Under the pieces are notes generated by a model. It saw only the letters and a list, made by a program, of their open reading frames with translations. It was not told the origin of the DNA and did no database searches. The position numbers were made by a program, and so were the translations under genes. DNA of 64,000 nt from Lepidodermella squamata (Eukaryota; Animalia; Gastrotricha): positions 2,294,001 to 2,358,000 of the forward strand of contig JBLDXI010000024.1 in the NCBI GenBank assembly GCA_047495785.1, given 5' to 3'. Below, in pieces: positions 1-13,600 of this stretch (position 1 is its first letter; each line of letters begins with the position of its first letter).

Positions 1-3000
1 AGTCGTGCGGGTCGGGCGCGGCTCGGAAACGCGAGATTTGGTGCCAGACTAACGAGCGGCTGTTCTCGTTCGACCACTGCCCGCCTGATACTATGCCGCA
101 CGAGGTCGAGCCGTGCGCCCTGCCCGACTGCCCGGGTTGGACTGTCTCGGAGTGGTCGCGGTGTTCGAAAACGTGCGGAACGGGCCAGCGGTTCCGAAAT
201 GTCACGTGCCTGCCGATTGAACACCGCGATAAATGCGACGAAACTATCCGGCCTGAGTCGGTTGAGAATTGCGAGGTGAATGACTGCCCGAGTTGGGTGA
301 CGGGTGACTGGTCACCCTGTTCGGCGACCTGCGGCCCGAATGGTGTGCAAAACAGGGCGGTCACGTGCCGGCATAACGGCGTCGCTGTGGACGAAACTTA
401 CTGCTTCAAGGAGGATAAACCCGATGAGGTTAGGTCGTGCCCGAATCTAGGATCCTGCCCTAGTTGGCACATGACGATCTGGGGCCCGTGCTCCGCGACC
501 TGTGGCCCTGGTACCCGGAAGCGGAATGTTGTTTGTAGGAACGAAACAACGCTACATCCGAATGAAGCCTGCGCCCTGCATTTAATGCCGGCTGAAACTA
601 CGGCGTGTTCGAACGGCGAGTGCGCCCAGTGGACGGTGGGTGAGTGGTCACCCTGTTCCGTGACCTGCGCGGCGCCCGGGGCGATCCGCACCCGAGATGT
701 CACGTGCACCCTAGGTCAAAACGGCCAAATCGCCCCGCCTGTTCGATGCCAGGCGCAAAAACGCCCGGTCGATCGGCAGATTTGTAAGAATCTCCCGCCG
801 TGTCTGAAACTAGGTCACACCGACTGGTCACCCTGTTCCGTGACCTGCGGCGACGGGGTGCGCCACCGCAGCCCGGTTTGCCTGAGTGGCGATGAAATTG
901 TTGAAATTTCGAAATGTGAAAATTTGACTGAGACAATATCGGCGCCGTTGAGTGAGCCATGCTCCGTGCCCGGCAACTGCCCGCAGTGGAAACCCGGGCC
1001 CTGGTCGGTTTGTTCCTCATCATGCGGCACTGGCGAGCAGAAACGGGATGTCTGGTGCGAATCAAACGGCCGGTCTGAGAGTGATTACGTTTGCAGTCAC
1101 CTTCCTAAGCCCGAGAATTGGAAGGTCTGCTGGGGTGACCAATGCCCGACTTGGGCGTTTTCGGCCTGGGAACCCTGTAGCCAAAGCTGTGGTACCGGGG
1201 TTCAGGGCCGACAGGTTTGGTGCCAGCTGGGTAATATGACTAAATTCGATAACGGGTCATTCGTCGAACCTAACCCGGCCGATGCGGTTAGTCCTCACCT
1301 GTGCCAGGGTATAGCCCGGCCGCCTAGTTACCAGCCGTGTACCGGGTCTGACTGTCCGGTTTGGTTCGCGACCGATTATTCGGAATGTTCCGTGCGGTGT
1401 GGCGGCGGTCAGCAGTACCGATCGGTATTCTGCGTCCAGAACAGCTCAATCCCACTCAAGCCCGCTTCATCCATGGCCAACACGACGAAAATATTAGCTG
1501 AATCTCTGAATTTACTGCAAATCGAAAAATGCGATCTGGATTCGAAGCCGGAAACTGTGCGGCATTGCAACGCGTTTTCCTGCTCGAATTGGACGGTAAC
1601 CGATTGGGACGGGTGTATACCAGATTTGGATGACCAGTTGAAATCGTCGTCTCGCGAGAATGTTCAGCCGAATTGCGGCGTTTTGACCGGGAAGCGGCGG
1701 CGTGTTGTCGCGTGCCAGGATGTTGTTACGCAACAAAAACTGCCTGATGATTCATGCTCGAGTGAGGCGAAGCCGGTTGAACTCGAGGGCTGTTCGGTTG
1801 AGATAAAATGTTCGCCGCTTGTTATCGACGACGGGCAAAGTTTGGTTGAACGCAGCGCGCCGAAGCGCATCTATCCGACGAGGCGAAAATTGGCGCTGAC
1901 AAATTTTGATATTCAAAATGCGGTTGATTCAGCGCTGAAGACTACGACGAAACCGGTTGCGGCGGGTCAAATGGCTGAAACGAGTACGCTGGTTGCGGCG
2001 ATTCAATCGGTGACAAGTTCGAAACTGGTCAATTCTTACGCTTGGCAGGCGACTGGCTGGTCTAATGTAAGTGGAAGAAAAACTTTCAGTCCCTGGACAA
2101 AATTTAAAATTGATGAAATGTCTTGAAATCAATTTTTCATTCATTCCGGTTTTCAGATTTTCAACTTGAAAATTAAAAAAAATGGAAATTTAAAATTCGG
2201 AAATCAAATTTTTGAAATTTAAAATAAAAAAAATGAGATTTTTAGAAATTAAAATTTTGAATTTTGAAATTTGAATTTTTTTTGAAATTTGAAACTAATT
2301 TGAAAAATGAAAATGTCGACCAATTTTACGAATTTTTTTGTTTGATTTCCGATAATTTGTGGAATAATTTTCCTAGTGCGCTCCGCTAATTTTTCAACTA
2401 ATTTTCGATGTTTTACGGAAGATTTCAATTAAAAAATTTGACATTGAAAAATTCAAAAATTACAATTTCCACTAATTTTCTCAATTTAATTTTGAATATT
2501 TTGAATATTTTTTTCTAGTGCTCGGCTAATTGTGGTTCGAATGCCGTTCGCCAGCGGCTATTTTCCTGTTTCAACCTAGTTTTGGGCCAACTTGTGGATA
2601 ATTTGAACTGCGACCTGACCTCGCTCCCCTCTGAATCTAGCCCTTGTACCGAGCTGCCCCCGTGCCCGATTTGGGTGGCCCGCGAGTGGTCACCCTGTTC
2701 TACAACCTGCGGCCGGGGCGTCCAACAGCGCACTGTTCTATGCGTAGATTCAACCAACGAAGAAAGCGTGCTATCTGAGGCGAAATGCGATCGGAGAAGC
2801 CGCCCGAAAGCGGTTCGATACTGCCTTGGCGCGACAGGGCTATGCATGGGCGCTAACAACACGGTCGATGTCGCGCCGACGATAAGTGATAAATCTATTC
2901 AAGTGTCGGATGGTTCTAAAACGCCCGGTGCTGAGTGGCGCGTTGGAGCTTGGGGACAGGTTGGTCGAATTTTTTAGCCACCTTAAAATTTGTTTCGAAG

Positions 3001-6000
3001 AATTAATCAATCATGATTTTTACTCATATAGCCTAGTTTTGATTTTTTCGACTAAATATAATTAATTAATTAATTAATAATTTTGGAGTGATAAAGGTTA
3101 GTAATATTAGTTAATTAGTAGTAAATTAATTATTATTAAAATTAATTTAATTATTAAATTATTTTTAACAAATTTTGCCTTGAATGCTACTAACCATATC
3201 GTTTTGTTGTCTGCCTTTGTCTTGTTTTGAATGCTTTTTTGTGATGATTTGTTCGATTGATTGGAAAAAATGCTGAAAAAGGTCGAAATTGAAACATGTG
3301 TATGATATGCATATTCAGTGCTCGGCGACATGTGGCACTGGTGTTCAAGTGCGTCGCGTTGTGTGCATCATCCGGCGCCAGGGCCCGGGCAACCCGAGCC
3401 AGGCCGTGCCGCAACGCTGCCCGGCTAATGTTCGGCCGAGTCGAACGCGGCGATGCCAGGCGGCTGAATCGTGCCCGGAATGGGACGCTGGTCCGTGGAG
3501 TGAGGTAAGATTTCATCAAGGATCATCATGAATTTAGCTTGTAGTCAATACCTAGACGTTGAAAGTTTTCGAGAATCTCGACTAAGTTCCACAATGACCG
3601 GTGAAATGCTTCAGGTGAAAAATTTTCCAGGGTAGAAAGAAGTGACTTCCATAAGGTTCTCAATTTAATTTTTCGGTGAGACTTTTTTTCATCCGACCTA
3701 AGTCCAATAATTTTATCAAAAATCCAAAATTGTGACAAAAAATGCATCTGGGAATGAATTTCCACCCATCAAATGCTTTTTATTAAAATCTCCTGAAGCC
3801 CATCGCCAATATTCATCAAGATTTGTACCTTTGCTGAGCTTTTCTGGAGGTTTCCCCTTTATCTCCATCGCTGTTTTTGATGGTTCGCTATGGAAATTGA
3901 AGCTGACTAACACAAATCCAATCTCATTCGAACTTTGGAAAAATTCACGTAGCGAAGTTCGATTTTGGCAAAAACTGTGACAAAATAGAGAGTATAATTT
4001 TCTAGCTGTTGAATGAAATTAGTCACGTGACGAATGGAAAAAGGTTCCCATGGATTTTGATTCGAAGCTATAGACCTGAATGATTCTTCAATCCGCCTTA
4101 AATATCACGCCTAAAAACTCAAATCGGTAAATCGAAAATAAGTAAAATTAAATTAAATAGTCCATATTCAGTGAAGGGGAAATCTTACTGCGATACCAAA
4201 TTTCATTTAATTCAATACCTAACCTAGTTAGGTTCGTTAGGTTAGGGTTATGTTAGGGTTAGAGGCTGGGTCTTAAAATTGGGAAATTGGAACTGATTGG
4301 AATAATTTGGTACTGAATTCCCTTCCCTGAAAAAGGTCGCCGATCTCAGGGGGAAGTGAATAGATATTTGAATAAATTTCGGAAATGCTCAAGGTTCATT
4401 TCAGTTGCAAGAAATTAAAGGATTTTATTGTATCTCAAGCTGTGATTTTTCAATTAAATCAGCAAGCAATCAATGTTTTATTTCATTCTTTAATATTGAA
4501 GTAAATTATAACCATAAATAGGTCATCATTTCCCAATTCTATTTTCCTAATTTTATAGCGGATTGAACCTGTAAAAAAACTGGGACATGACGAAAATGAC
4601 TGAAAATTACCTGAAAATTCGGAAAATGGTCGAAACTGTTGCTATCACGTGTCACCGGTCATTTCATATATTATTTCAATTTTGCGTATAAATCGGTCTT
4701 ATGTTTTGTTGATTATTGCAACCCCAAATATTACAGTGTCTCGACCCGTGCGCTCCCGATGCGAGCCAGTTGCGGACGCGAACAGTCACGTGCCGGCGGC
4801 CTGACGGCTCGCAGACGGTCGGCTGCGCCATTCAAAGCCGGCCGAAAGACTCTGAACCATGCCCTGAGCTATGCGTCGCCCCACTGTCGCAAAAGCAGGC
4901 GGCTGAAAGTGGCGAAGTCGCCGACAACAGCCAAGATGCGAGCGGCATCGTAGAGCGGACATCGTCCTCGTTAATCGGACGGCCGTCACGGTTGAACGCC
5001 TTCGCACCGTCGCCGCCATCCAGCAGCAGCATCAACATCAAGCCGCGGCGGCCTATCAGTCGGAAGGACAGTAGTAGTAGCAAAAATAAGCCGAGGGCGA
5101 AATCGAGGACATGATTGTGTTTTTAGATTAGACGAGATGAAATTGAAAAAAAATATTGAAATTTTTTGCATGTTGAGAAACCGAAACAGTCGAGGTATCG
5201 AGGCACGAGCAACAGGAACTCTCATAACACTCACTCTTCTATGTGCTGCAAAATCCGGTTGTGTGTCATATAAAACATTATTAATATTAATTAATATTAC
5301 ACTTTTTAGCGGTAAAATTTCATTACTAACAGAGATTTTTATCAGATAAAAAATTGAATATTATTGTAATAACTAACCTAATAAATTGCAATATATAACG
5401 AAATTAAAACTACCGCTCTAAAAATTAATTAAAAATTAGTAAAAAATATTTTACACGCTTTTAATGGATCTCAAAGAAAGCTAATAGTCAACTGCCCTTT
5501 AAATTTCAGCAAAACACTGCGCGAATTTTTTTCTTCTGTTATTTGAGAAAATTTTATTTTTTCTAGGCTAGATTATTATTTTTTTTGCATGCATTTTTTT
5601 CTGTGCGCATCGTCGAGTGTCGTAATTTTGTTTGTTGTTTGAAAAATCATTCCCTGACCTGCGCAAAAACAACTCGCAGTATGAAAAAAATACCTGGAAA
5701 TCGGTATAATAATATTTTTCGGCACTTGACGATCGTTAAATTTAGTTTTAGACGGAATGTCCTTCTCCCTCATGCAACCGAGTGTGTATTATTTAATTTC
5801 TAAAATTAATTAAAGCAATTATTTTACTTAGGCTTAGCCCGAAAAAGTTTAAAAAATATGCAACTATTATTTTATAAATGTCATAATAATATTATTATTT
5901 ACCAATTTATTGATGTAAACGAGAAAAAATTTGACGAAGCGAAGGTGATTTCAGGTGTAATAAAATGCGATTGAAATTATTGAAAAGATTTGATGAGTTT

Positions 6001-9000
6001 TTTTTCTATACGATTTTTTCGTATTCAGTGTTCAGTCACGTGCGGGATAGGACATCGCCGGCGAGTTGTCTACTGCGAACCTGGCGCGTCAAATCACAAC
6101 ACGGCGATATGCTTCAACCACCTAAAACCAACCGAAGTTGAAACGTGCGTCGAGCCGTGCTGGTCGGAAATTTCCACCCCGTTACTACCCGTTATCCCGG
6201 CTACGACAACCGAGGCTAACCTCCGATTCGAATGGCTCATCGGCGAATGGCAGCGCTGCTCGGCCTCTTGCGATTTCGGGTATCGGCGGCGGAAAGTTAG
6301 CTGCGTGGGAAAATCGACGCGAAATATCCGCCTTAATAATAATAATTACCCAGTTTCGGACTCGTTGTGCGAGTCGCGTTATGGTGGCAAGCCAGCGACT
6401 CAAAAGGCGTGCTATGAACGGCCGTGTAACTCGACGTGGCTAGCGGGTGAGTGGTCACCCTGCTCGGCGCAGTGCGGCTACGGCTCGCAGCATCGCCTAG
6501 TCACGTGTTACAGCCTATTGAAAAATGCAACCTCGCTAATACCCGTTTACCGTGCGGTTTTCAAGCCGAAATTAGCCGAGGCGTTGTGCGATGTCAACGA
6601 ACGGCCGCATAATTTTCGCCAGTGTCGAGTTGTGACGTCGTGCGTGATGAATACGACTGCTGATAATGAGGGACATATCGGTTGGGCGACTGGGCCGTGG
6701 TCGAAGTGCTCGCGGTCGTGTTCTTTCGGCGTGAAGCAACGCCAGGTGACGTGTGTTGAGTTCTTCCCGGGCGAGAAACGCCGCGTCTTGGCCGATGTCA
6801 TTTGCAACCATTTGAATATCACGCGGCCGGAGAGCAACCTGCGGTGCTTTGAAAAAAATTGTAAGTGACCATTTGTTTTATGAAAATCAATGTAGCTTGA
6901 ATAACGATAAATCACAACTATTTTCTTTTACTTTTAAATGTTAACAAAAATATTTGAATTTTTACTAAACTGATCCAGCAAAAAGCATTTTCTATCGCGA
7001 TATACCCAATAAAAATTGAAATTTACCGGAGGGAATAAAAAAAATCCGAAGATTAATGGCTTGATAATCTCCGAATTTTCACAATTATTGAGAATTTTAT
7101 CTAAATCTATCTAAATGTTGTCCTTATCATATTTTCCTGTATTTTCATTATTTTCGCTACATTTTAGGGACACTGTAATACAGCGTGTCCAAGAAGTTGC
7201 GCAACTAATTTTAAATTTGGCAAATTTTTGTAGGAAATTCAACTAATTTCTAGAAAGTTCTACCGATAGGAAGTTCCAACTTTAATCCGCGATTTAACCG
7301 AAGAAATAAAAAAAATTGCCTGAGAAAGCCAGGAAAACCCCGATGATAACTGGTTGGGTAATTTTCGGTATTTTAGACCACATTTTTCCAGTGACTTGAT
7401 TACTATTCTCGTGAACTTTTGAATTTTTCTAAAACTTTTCTAGCCATGAGATGCTACTCCATCTCTCATTTAGCGTTTCTGAACCCTTTTCCGTGTATCT
7501 TCTTTGCTTGCATTACTTTTGGGACAAGCTGTAGCTCCGAAATCGCTACAAAAAAGGAATTTTTCAAGTATTTATATGGCTCCTTATTAAAAAATAATGT
7601 TATAGTCGAAGTGATAGGTAGATCCACTAAGCGCCGCTAGTGTAACGGTATCATACAAGATTCCCATTCTTGTGACCCGGGTTCGACTCCCGGGCGGCGC
7701 ACTCATTTTTGCAATCAAAAAGGCCCAAGTTAAATACATTTTGGAACACCTGGATTAAGGTGGATTTGAACAGCCCTTGTGGCCTAATGGCAAGGCGTTG
7801 GACTTCTAATTCAAAGATTGTGGGTTCGAGTCCCACCAGGGGCGAAATTCTTTTTGTAGTCACCCTACTTCTATTTTTCTGCTAAAAATCAGTAGTGATT
7901 AAAAAAATTGGCACCCCCGGCGGGACTCGAACCCGCAATCTTCGGCTTAGGAGGCCGACGCCTTGCCATTAGGCCACAGGGGCTGCTGATGTCTAGCCAC
8001 CCTCTTGATCAGAATCTATATAGCTTGAATCGATTACAGCCTGATTGCAAAAACATTTGCTCCTGGCGAGGCTCGAACTCGCGACCTTCGCATTACTCAG
8101 CTTGCATGCATGCACTGCTTATAAGTACGACGCAATAACCGACTATGCTACAGGAGCACACAAGAGAATACTTCCTTAGCAGGCTTAAGGCCAGATTATT
8201 GGAATTTGAAAATTTCGAATTTCTTAGAAAATTTGGAAATTTTCTTAAAATTAATGGTTGTTGATAAAGTAAATTTTAGAGTATTTTCCTCTTTCGTTCA
8301 TTTCATTTTGAAATTTGTGTTTCAGGTGTTGCCAAGTCGTGTCGACACGCGGCTAAAACCTTCAACGCATCAGTTGACGGCTACTACGAGCTGGCGTTAT
8401 CGAAATCTCGATTCACCCGCAACTATCAACAGCTTTACCAGCAAAGCATGGCCAATTTGGTGCCGCAACACGTCGAAGCCTACTGCCGGGGCATGAATAA
8501 ATCGCTGAACAAAACGCCCAAGGAATATCTTGATTTAATCGATTTGCAACATCAAAAAATATCATTCCGGTAAATGTGAAATTTTTGTGAAAAATTGATC
8601 TGAAAATTTTAATTTTTTTTAAAATATTTTAGATGCCTGAATAGCCAAAACTCAACAATCGTCTTTCATCGAATCCGTTTCATACCATCTGCTATGATTT
8701 TATCTTGTGAGTTGATTTTCAAATTTTGTCTCAATTTTCAATTTTCAAAAAATTTGAAAATTTAAATTTAAAATTAAATTTTATTTAAATTTGAAATTTT
8801 TTGATAATTTTTCAGTCAGCGATTGGGCGTACACGAATGACGAAATTAGGCCGAATCAAGTCGAAATTTCAACCCGCCAAGATTTAACTTTCGAACTGTT
8901 ACCTAACGGCCTTCGCCTATTGGATTCCTCACCCTCGCTAAACTCGACTGAAAGTCGAAGAAGAAAACGATCGCTTTCATCGCCCTTCCTTCAATTTTCG

Positions 9001-9198
9001 TGCAGCTTTGTTCACAAGCACTTGAATGCGCCGTGCAAGGGTAGTTGTAATTTACTGCCGGTTTTACAGCAGCCGCTTGATGGCAGTTTAATATCGCTGA
9101 GAAACCAATCGAATGTTGAGCCTTCGTTAGGCTATTTCACGTCTCGAATATCGTCGATCTCACAAATGTTGCGCAAAAAACAGCCGATTATTATCTGA
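1..9198 (+). CDS. ADAMTS9/ADAMTS20/GON-1-like protein, 3' part (many TSP1 repeats + C-terminal GON domain); multi-exon, 5'-truncated by the window edge
   Basis: Many WxxxxWSxCSxTCGxG...RxVxC TSP1 repeats in exons ~1-2066, ~2519-2959, ~3319-3504, ~6029-6860 (and probably ~4738-5100). Exons at ~8326-9198 read SCRH...DGYYEL...YCRGM...PKEYLDL...FHRIR, typical of a GON domain. Introns are GT-AG. Confidence 0.85.
4170..4330. repeat. Short intronic element with TTAGG/TTAGGG-like repeats
   Basis: cctaacctagttaggttcgttaggttagggttatgttagggttag core inside an ADAMTS intron. Confidence 0.4.
7181..7531. mobile_element. Tc1/mariner-type MITE (family A)
   Basis: TA|CAGCGTGTCC...GGGACAAGCTG|TA termini. The same internal sequence occurs at ~10241-10450 and 45929-46673. 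Confidence 0.75.
7631..7701 (+). tRNA. tRNA-Gly(CCC)
   Basis: GCGCCGC/GCGGCGC acceptor stem, CAAGA-TT-CCC-AT-TCTTG anticodon arm, GTTCGA T-loop, followed by a T-run terminator. Confidence 0.95.
7773..7844 (+). tRNA. tRNA-Arg(TCT)
   Basis: GCCCTTG/CAGGGGC acceptor stem, TTGGA-CT-TCT-AA-TTCAA anticodon arm, GTTCGAG T-loop. Confidence 0.93.
7912..7983 (-). tRNA. tRNA-Arg(CCT)
   Basis: Reverse complement reads GCCCCTG...TCGGC-CT-CCT-AA-GCCGA...GTTCGAGTCCCGCCGGGGGTG. Confidence 0.93.
8058..8157 (-). tRNA. tRNA-Ile(TAT), intron-containing
   Basis: GCTCCTG/CAGGAGC acceptor stem; TCGTA-CT-TAT-A, then a ~26-nt intron, then ATGCGA. This is the canonical intron position for eukaryotic Ile(UAU). Confidence 0.92.
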
Positions 9199-9410
9199 TC
9201 AGAAAAATGATTATTTATTTCCGAATGAAATCTCAAAAATTGAATGAAAATTTTATAAAAAAAAAATATTTACAAATCGGAAAATTTGTCATAATTATCG
9301 ATATGTATAAAGTTTATTCAATTATGTAAATAAATACTGATTAATTGATAAAACAGACATCGAAAGTGAAATAAAACGCTGATTTTTGGAAAGTCGATTT
9401 TTTTTAATAT

Positions 9411-9725
9411 TTATGTCGGATAAATCATTCGATTATTGCTTTGATCCTGGTACTCGATAGCGGCCTTCAGTTCCGTCGAATTTCGACGCCAAAGATATCG
9501 ACGATAGACATTTTCTTCATTGCTTGGAACCAGCGACAGGAATAGGTAGATCCATAGTGCCAGGTATATGAAGAAAATAAAAATAAATCCCTTTCTTATT
9601 GAGCAGCACATGAGCAGAATGATATTGACAAGAATATTGCCGCTATTCAGTGGCCTGAAGGTAGGATTGAATAAAGCGAAAGCAATTCTTCGCTGTTTTT
9701 GAGCTTGCCGCATTTTTGTTTTCAT
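9411..9725 (-). CDS. Possible small membrane protein (hypothetical)
   Basis: 104-aa ATG-initiated ORF with hydrophobic stretches; no recognisable motif. Confidence 0.25.
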   Translation of the reverse strand: MKTKMRQAQKQRRIAFALFNPTFRPLNSGNILVNIILLMCCSIRKGFIFIFFIYLALWIYLFLSLVPSNEENVYRRYLWRRNSTELKAAIEYQDQSNNRMIYPT

Positions 9726-9916
9726 TATTTTTGGTCCTCAAAAGCTCTTGTGAAATTTCAAAGATCAGAGGTTCAATTTCTGACTGTGGCTTACATTTTT
9801 TTTATTATTATTATAATTATAATTTTATAATTTTTTTTATAGAATAATGCAATTAATTAGATGGAGTGATTGCTAATCATGTGAGAACGCGCTTTCGAAA
9901 AAAAATATTTTTAGTT

Positions 9917-10110
9917 ATCGCTTCTCGGCCTTTTTGGCTATGATCAAAGTGTAGTATCTGTTCTTTGTAGTTTAATATCTACAACGGCCTCCATGTGGGG
10001 CCTACGATATTAGCCCGATTTTTGGCTAGCCGGGCGGGAGCAGCCAGCTTGCTGGACCCCGTCCACGAGTCGGCCCGGTATTGCAGTACATCCGGGATTC
10101 GGCTCACCCC
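9917..10110 (+). ncRNA. U2: U2 spliceosomal snRNA
   Basis: Starts ATCGCTTCTCGGCC, has the branch-pairing GTGTAGTATCTG, stem IIa TGTAG-TTTAATAT-CTACA, Sm site ATTTTTG and loop IV TATTGCAGTA. Confidence 0.95.
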
Positions 10111-10630
10111 CTAACAAGGGGGAATGAAAGTAAAAATAAAATGTCGAAAGCTCAAGAGAACATTAATAATATGTCCTTTCTAAAAATTTTGAAATGTGCT
10201 TCAATTCATTTTTACACGCTCCCATTTTATATTATCGGCAAGGCGTGTCCCAAAAGTTGCGCAACTATTTTTTAATATGGCAACTTTCAACTAATTTTTT
10301 TAAATTGACCCTACCGAGAGAAAATTCCATCTTTCATCCGCGATTTAACCGAAAATAAAATTTACCGGAGAAAACCCGGAAAATCCCGATGGTAAGTAGT
10401 TCGGTAATTTTCGGTATTTTTCCCAGTTAGACCAAATTTATCCGGATTTTTTTAAAAAACGAAAAAATGCGTGGAATAGCGTGGATAAATGGTACATGCT
10501 CTATGAATACAGCACAACTCTTACGTACGAATCTCACTTCAATCCCTCTTTATTCTATGATATCAGCGCAAAAATTAATCAATAATACTTATTGTCAATT
10601 CCTGAACTCATCAGCTGAATAATCTGTTAA

Positions 10631-13600
10631 CTATTCAATGTAACTCTTGATCCAGTCCATCACCTTGCAAACTTCACCGTATATACCAGGGAAACGCGGT
10701 TCAGCACACCCGATGCCGCCTGATACAACGCCTTGAAGAACGAAATAGCCATTCTTGAAGCAGCCGACAGGTCCGCCAGAGTCACCTTGGCACGTATCAA
10801 CACCGCCTTCGCCGTCATAACCAGCACAGAACGCATTCATCTGCGGCAGTGTTTCATTTGTGAAACCCGCTTTGGCATAACGCTGCGTACATGTCGACGA
10901 ATCAACAATTGGCAATATGGCGTTGAGTTGGCGCTTCGCCGTGCTGCCTCCCTTACTGGTGGTACCATAGCCGGATATCATAACGAATTCATTGGGGGAG
11001 CAAGTTTCAGCACAGCTGTTTGGCAGGCAGATGGGTCGAATCGCCCAGCTGTCGAGTGAGATCGGCTCGTCTAATTCCATAAGGCAAAAGTCATTGAAGA
11101 CGCCTAACCTACTCGATCTATGTATAAGTATAAATTGTGATCAATAAATTAGACAAAAACAAAGAAAGGCCCACTTGTAGAGGGGATGAAGAATAATTTG
11201 TTTTGCTTTTCGCCAAGTGCTGTAAGCTGCTATGGTTTTATTATAACTGCCTTGCCAGCCGTTATTGCCGCCAGCCAGGACATTCATTTCGCTGTAACAA
11301 AATCTCATAATTATCCATTTTTAACGCAAATTGATATGAATCAGTTTTAGCCAATCAACTTAACCCATTCAGCTCATAGAAGCCGACATAATTCAGTGAA
11401 AAATAAGGGAATACTCTATGGCTAGCAATGGAGAAATACAATTTCCCCTCGATCTAGAACCAAGTGAGTTTGGCGCAACCAAATGAATCGAGGTATTCCA
11501 GAGAGTCCTATTCCTAAATGCACACTATCTGGAGCCACTTTTTGGGGTGTTATAGGCTCATTCCCTTGTCAAAAATAAAAAAAGGATCATACTCCTGTAA
11601 CAATAGCATAAAAATTGAAATAATAAGTCCGCCTTAATCATTTTCCATAGAGAAACTTTTGTATCTCCATGGCAAACCTATGGGCATATGGGCATGTGGG
11701 AATAGATGTGTCACAATAGAAAGGTATGCTCACTCGATCGGCTGAGATAATGAACAGCAATGACCCCTGTAAAAGATCGAATAATTCCAATTCAAGGGAA
11801 ATTTAAAGCAAACTTACGCTGTTATGGCCCACGTTTCAGAGATGACAGCCGCGCCGCATGTATAAGAGGAATCATCGACGACAATGATCAACAGAGCCTC
11901 GGGGAGTCAAAAATTAGGTGAAAGTTATTAACCAAAGCATGTGCTTTGATACCTGCCATGGGAATTCATTCTCAGCCGACTCGGTGCCGCCGACAATCGA
12001 AAGACTCGGCAACAAATCTTCGTCGACATTCCAGTACCTGGTGTGGCCACAGGCATCATACGGGCTGGGCAGAGGCAGTGTATCGTTGTAGCGCGGGCGA
12101 GGCGCCGTAGGTGGCGGGATGAGGCCGGCGTTTTGAAGCGCAATCTGCCCAGCGTAATGCGCATTGATTTCACTTGATGTCATCGCAAAATCGCATATCA
12201 GAACATCATCAATGTTGCCGGTGAAATTTCCGGAATCGGGTGTTGAGCCGATGACATACGGGCAATTTGAGACGAAAATGGAGCTATTCGATGTATATTG
12301 AGCAGCCACCCTCTAAAACATGCAATAATAGTTTGTTGTTGTTAGCAAGATCAAGTCGATTTACATTATTATTCCAGATGCGGGCAGTGCCATTTCCAAC
12401 CACTACGCAGATTTGCGTGAACACCTCAGAGGTTCCTGATGAGAAAGATACCGAGGATTTACGATTGACTTGGAAATCTGGGCTGTACAGCTTGAATAAC
12501 ACTTGATACGACATAGTGGACGGAGATGAGGTGCTGTATGACAAATGAGAAATCGAGATCGAATCATTCGGACTTCCATAACACTCGCTGTTAGAAATTA
12601 AGCCACCAGGAATTCGATAAGAAGGGCTGGTAAAACGATCAAGGATTGAGGAGGCTGGTTAAAATATGTTGGGTAAAATGACACTCACTAAACAAAATCG
12701 CTGACCTTGAAGCCTGCGAGGTATTTCAGACAGTCAGCGTAGTTTTGGGTGAAGTCTTTACTTGACGAAAATTGGGTAACCTAGAAATAAAAGATGAGAC
12801 AAAATTGAATACAAATTACTAATTTTACCAATGCCATAGGTGATTCGCACCGTCCTGTACAAAGATACCCAGCTGTTGACTGGCACAATGCTGCTGGCTA
12901 AATTGAAAAAATTGAGATTTTAGCATAATTTATGTTAACAAAACTAACGCCTTTCAAACAACGCCCTCTGTCAACGTAGACACCCGGGCTATATTCCTTG
13001 AAAAATAAAAAATTAATACATATTAATGAAGCCGCTGACGGGGGTCTTACCGAAGTTTGACCAGTACCACATTGGGTTTGGTTTCCTTGGCAACCGATAA
13101 AAGAGCGGTCGTAGACGGAGAAGCAGCGCAAATGAGGCTCGGATTCATTGGTTGGAGCTGAAAAATATTAAAAATAAAATTCACGGGAAACGCTATTGAG
13201 CCGTCTTTATTACCGCCGATATCTTCAAGGCATTTAGCCATGGTGTTGATCGTCTTCACATATTTCTAAACAGAAAATTTATAATTTCGTAATTTCAGTA
13301 TAAAAATGGTTACCCATCTGCCGGATCTACACCCAATGCCAATAGGGAAGCAGGCGACGTTGCCTGATTTATCTTGACACAGGTTTGCCGGACGCCTCTA
13401 TTAAGCAATAATTTCTCATCATTTTAAAAGAAAGGCAAAGGTCAAACCTTAAAAGTCAACGTTGTATTACGACAGGCTTCATATCGATTACCAAATTGCT
13501 TGCCCAAAAATCTGAGGTGCTGTAACATAATAATTAGAATAAAAGGTTCAGTCCATTGAAAAATCGTTAAAATTTGTACCGGCAGCTCATCGGTCGAACA

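Noticed and set aside
93-2126. Repeated GAGTGGTCACCCTG motifs as a DNA repeat array or CRISPR
   Set aside because: They encode the EWSPCS part of TSP1 repeats, and the context is eukaryotic.
4215-4265. Interstitial telomere or chromosome-fusion scar
   Set aside because: Only a few imperfect TTAGG(G) units inside a short element; more likely part of a small repeat family.
7651-8138. ORFs overlapping the tRNA cassettes (also at 18403, 20195, 26363, 27423)
   Set aside because: Chance translations of tRNA genes.
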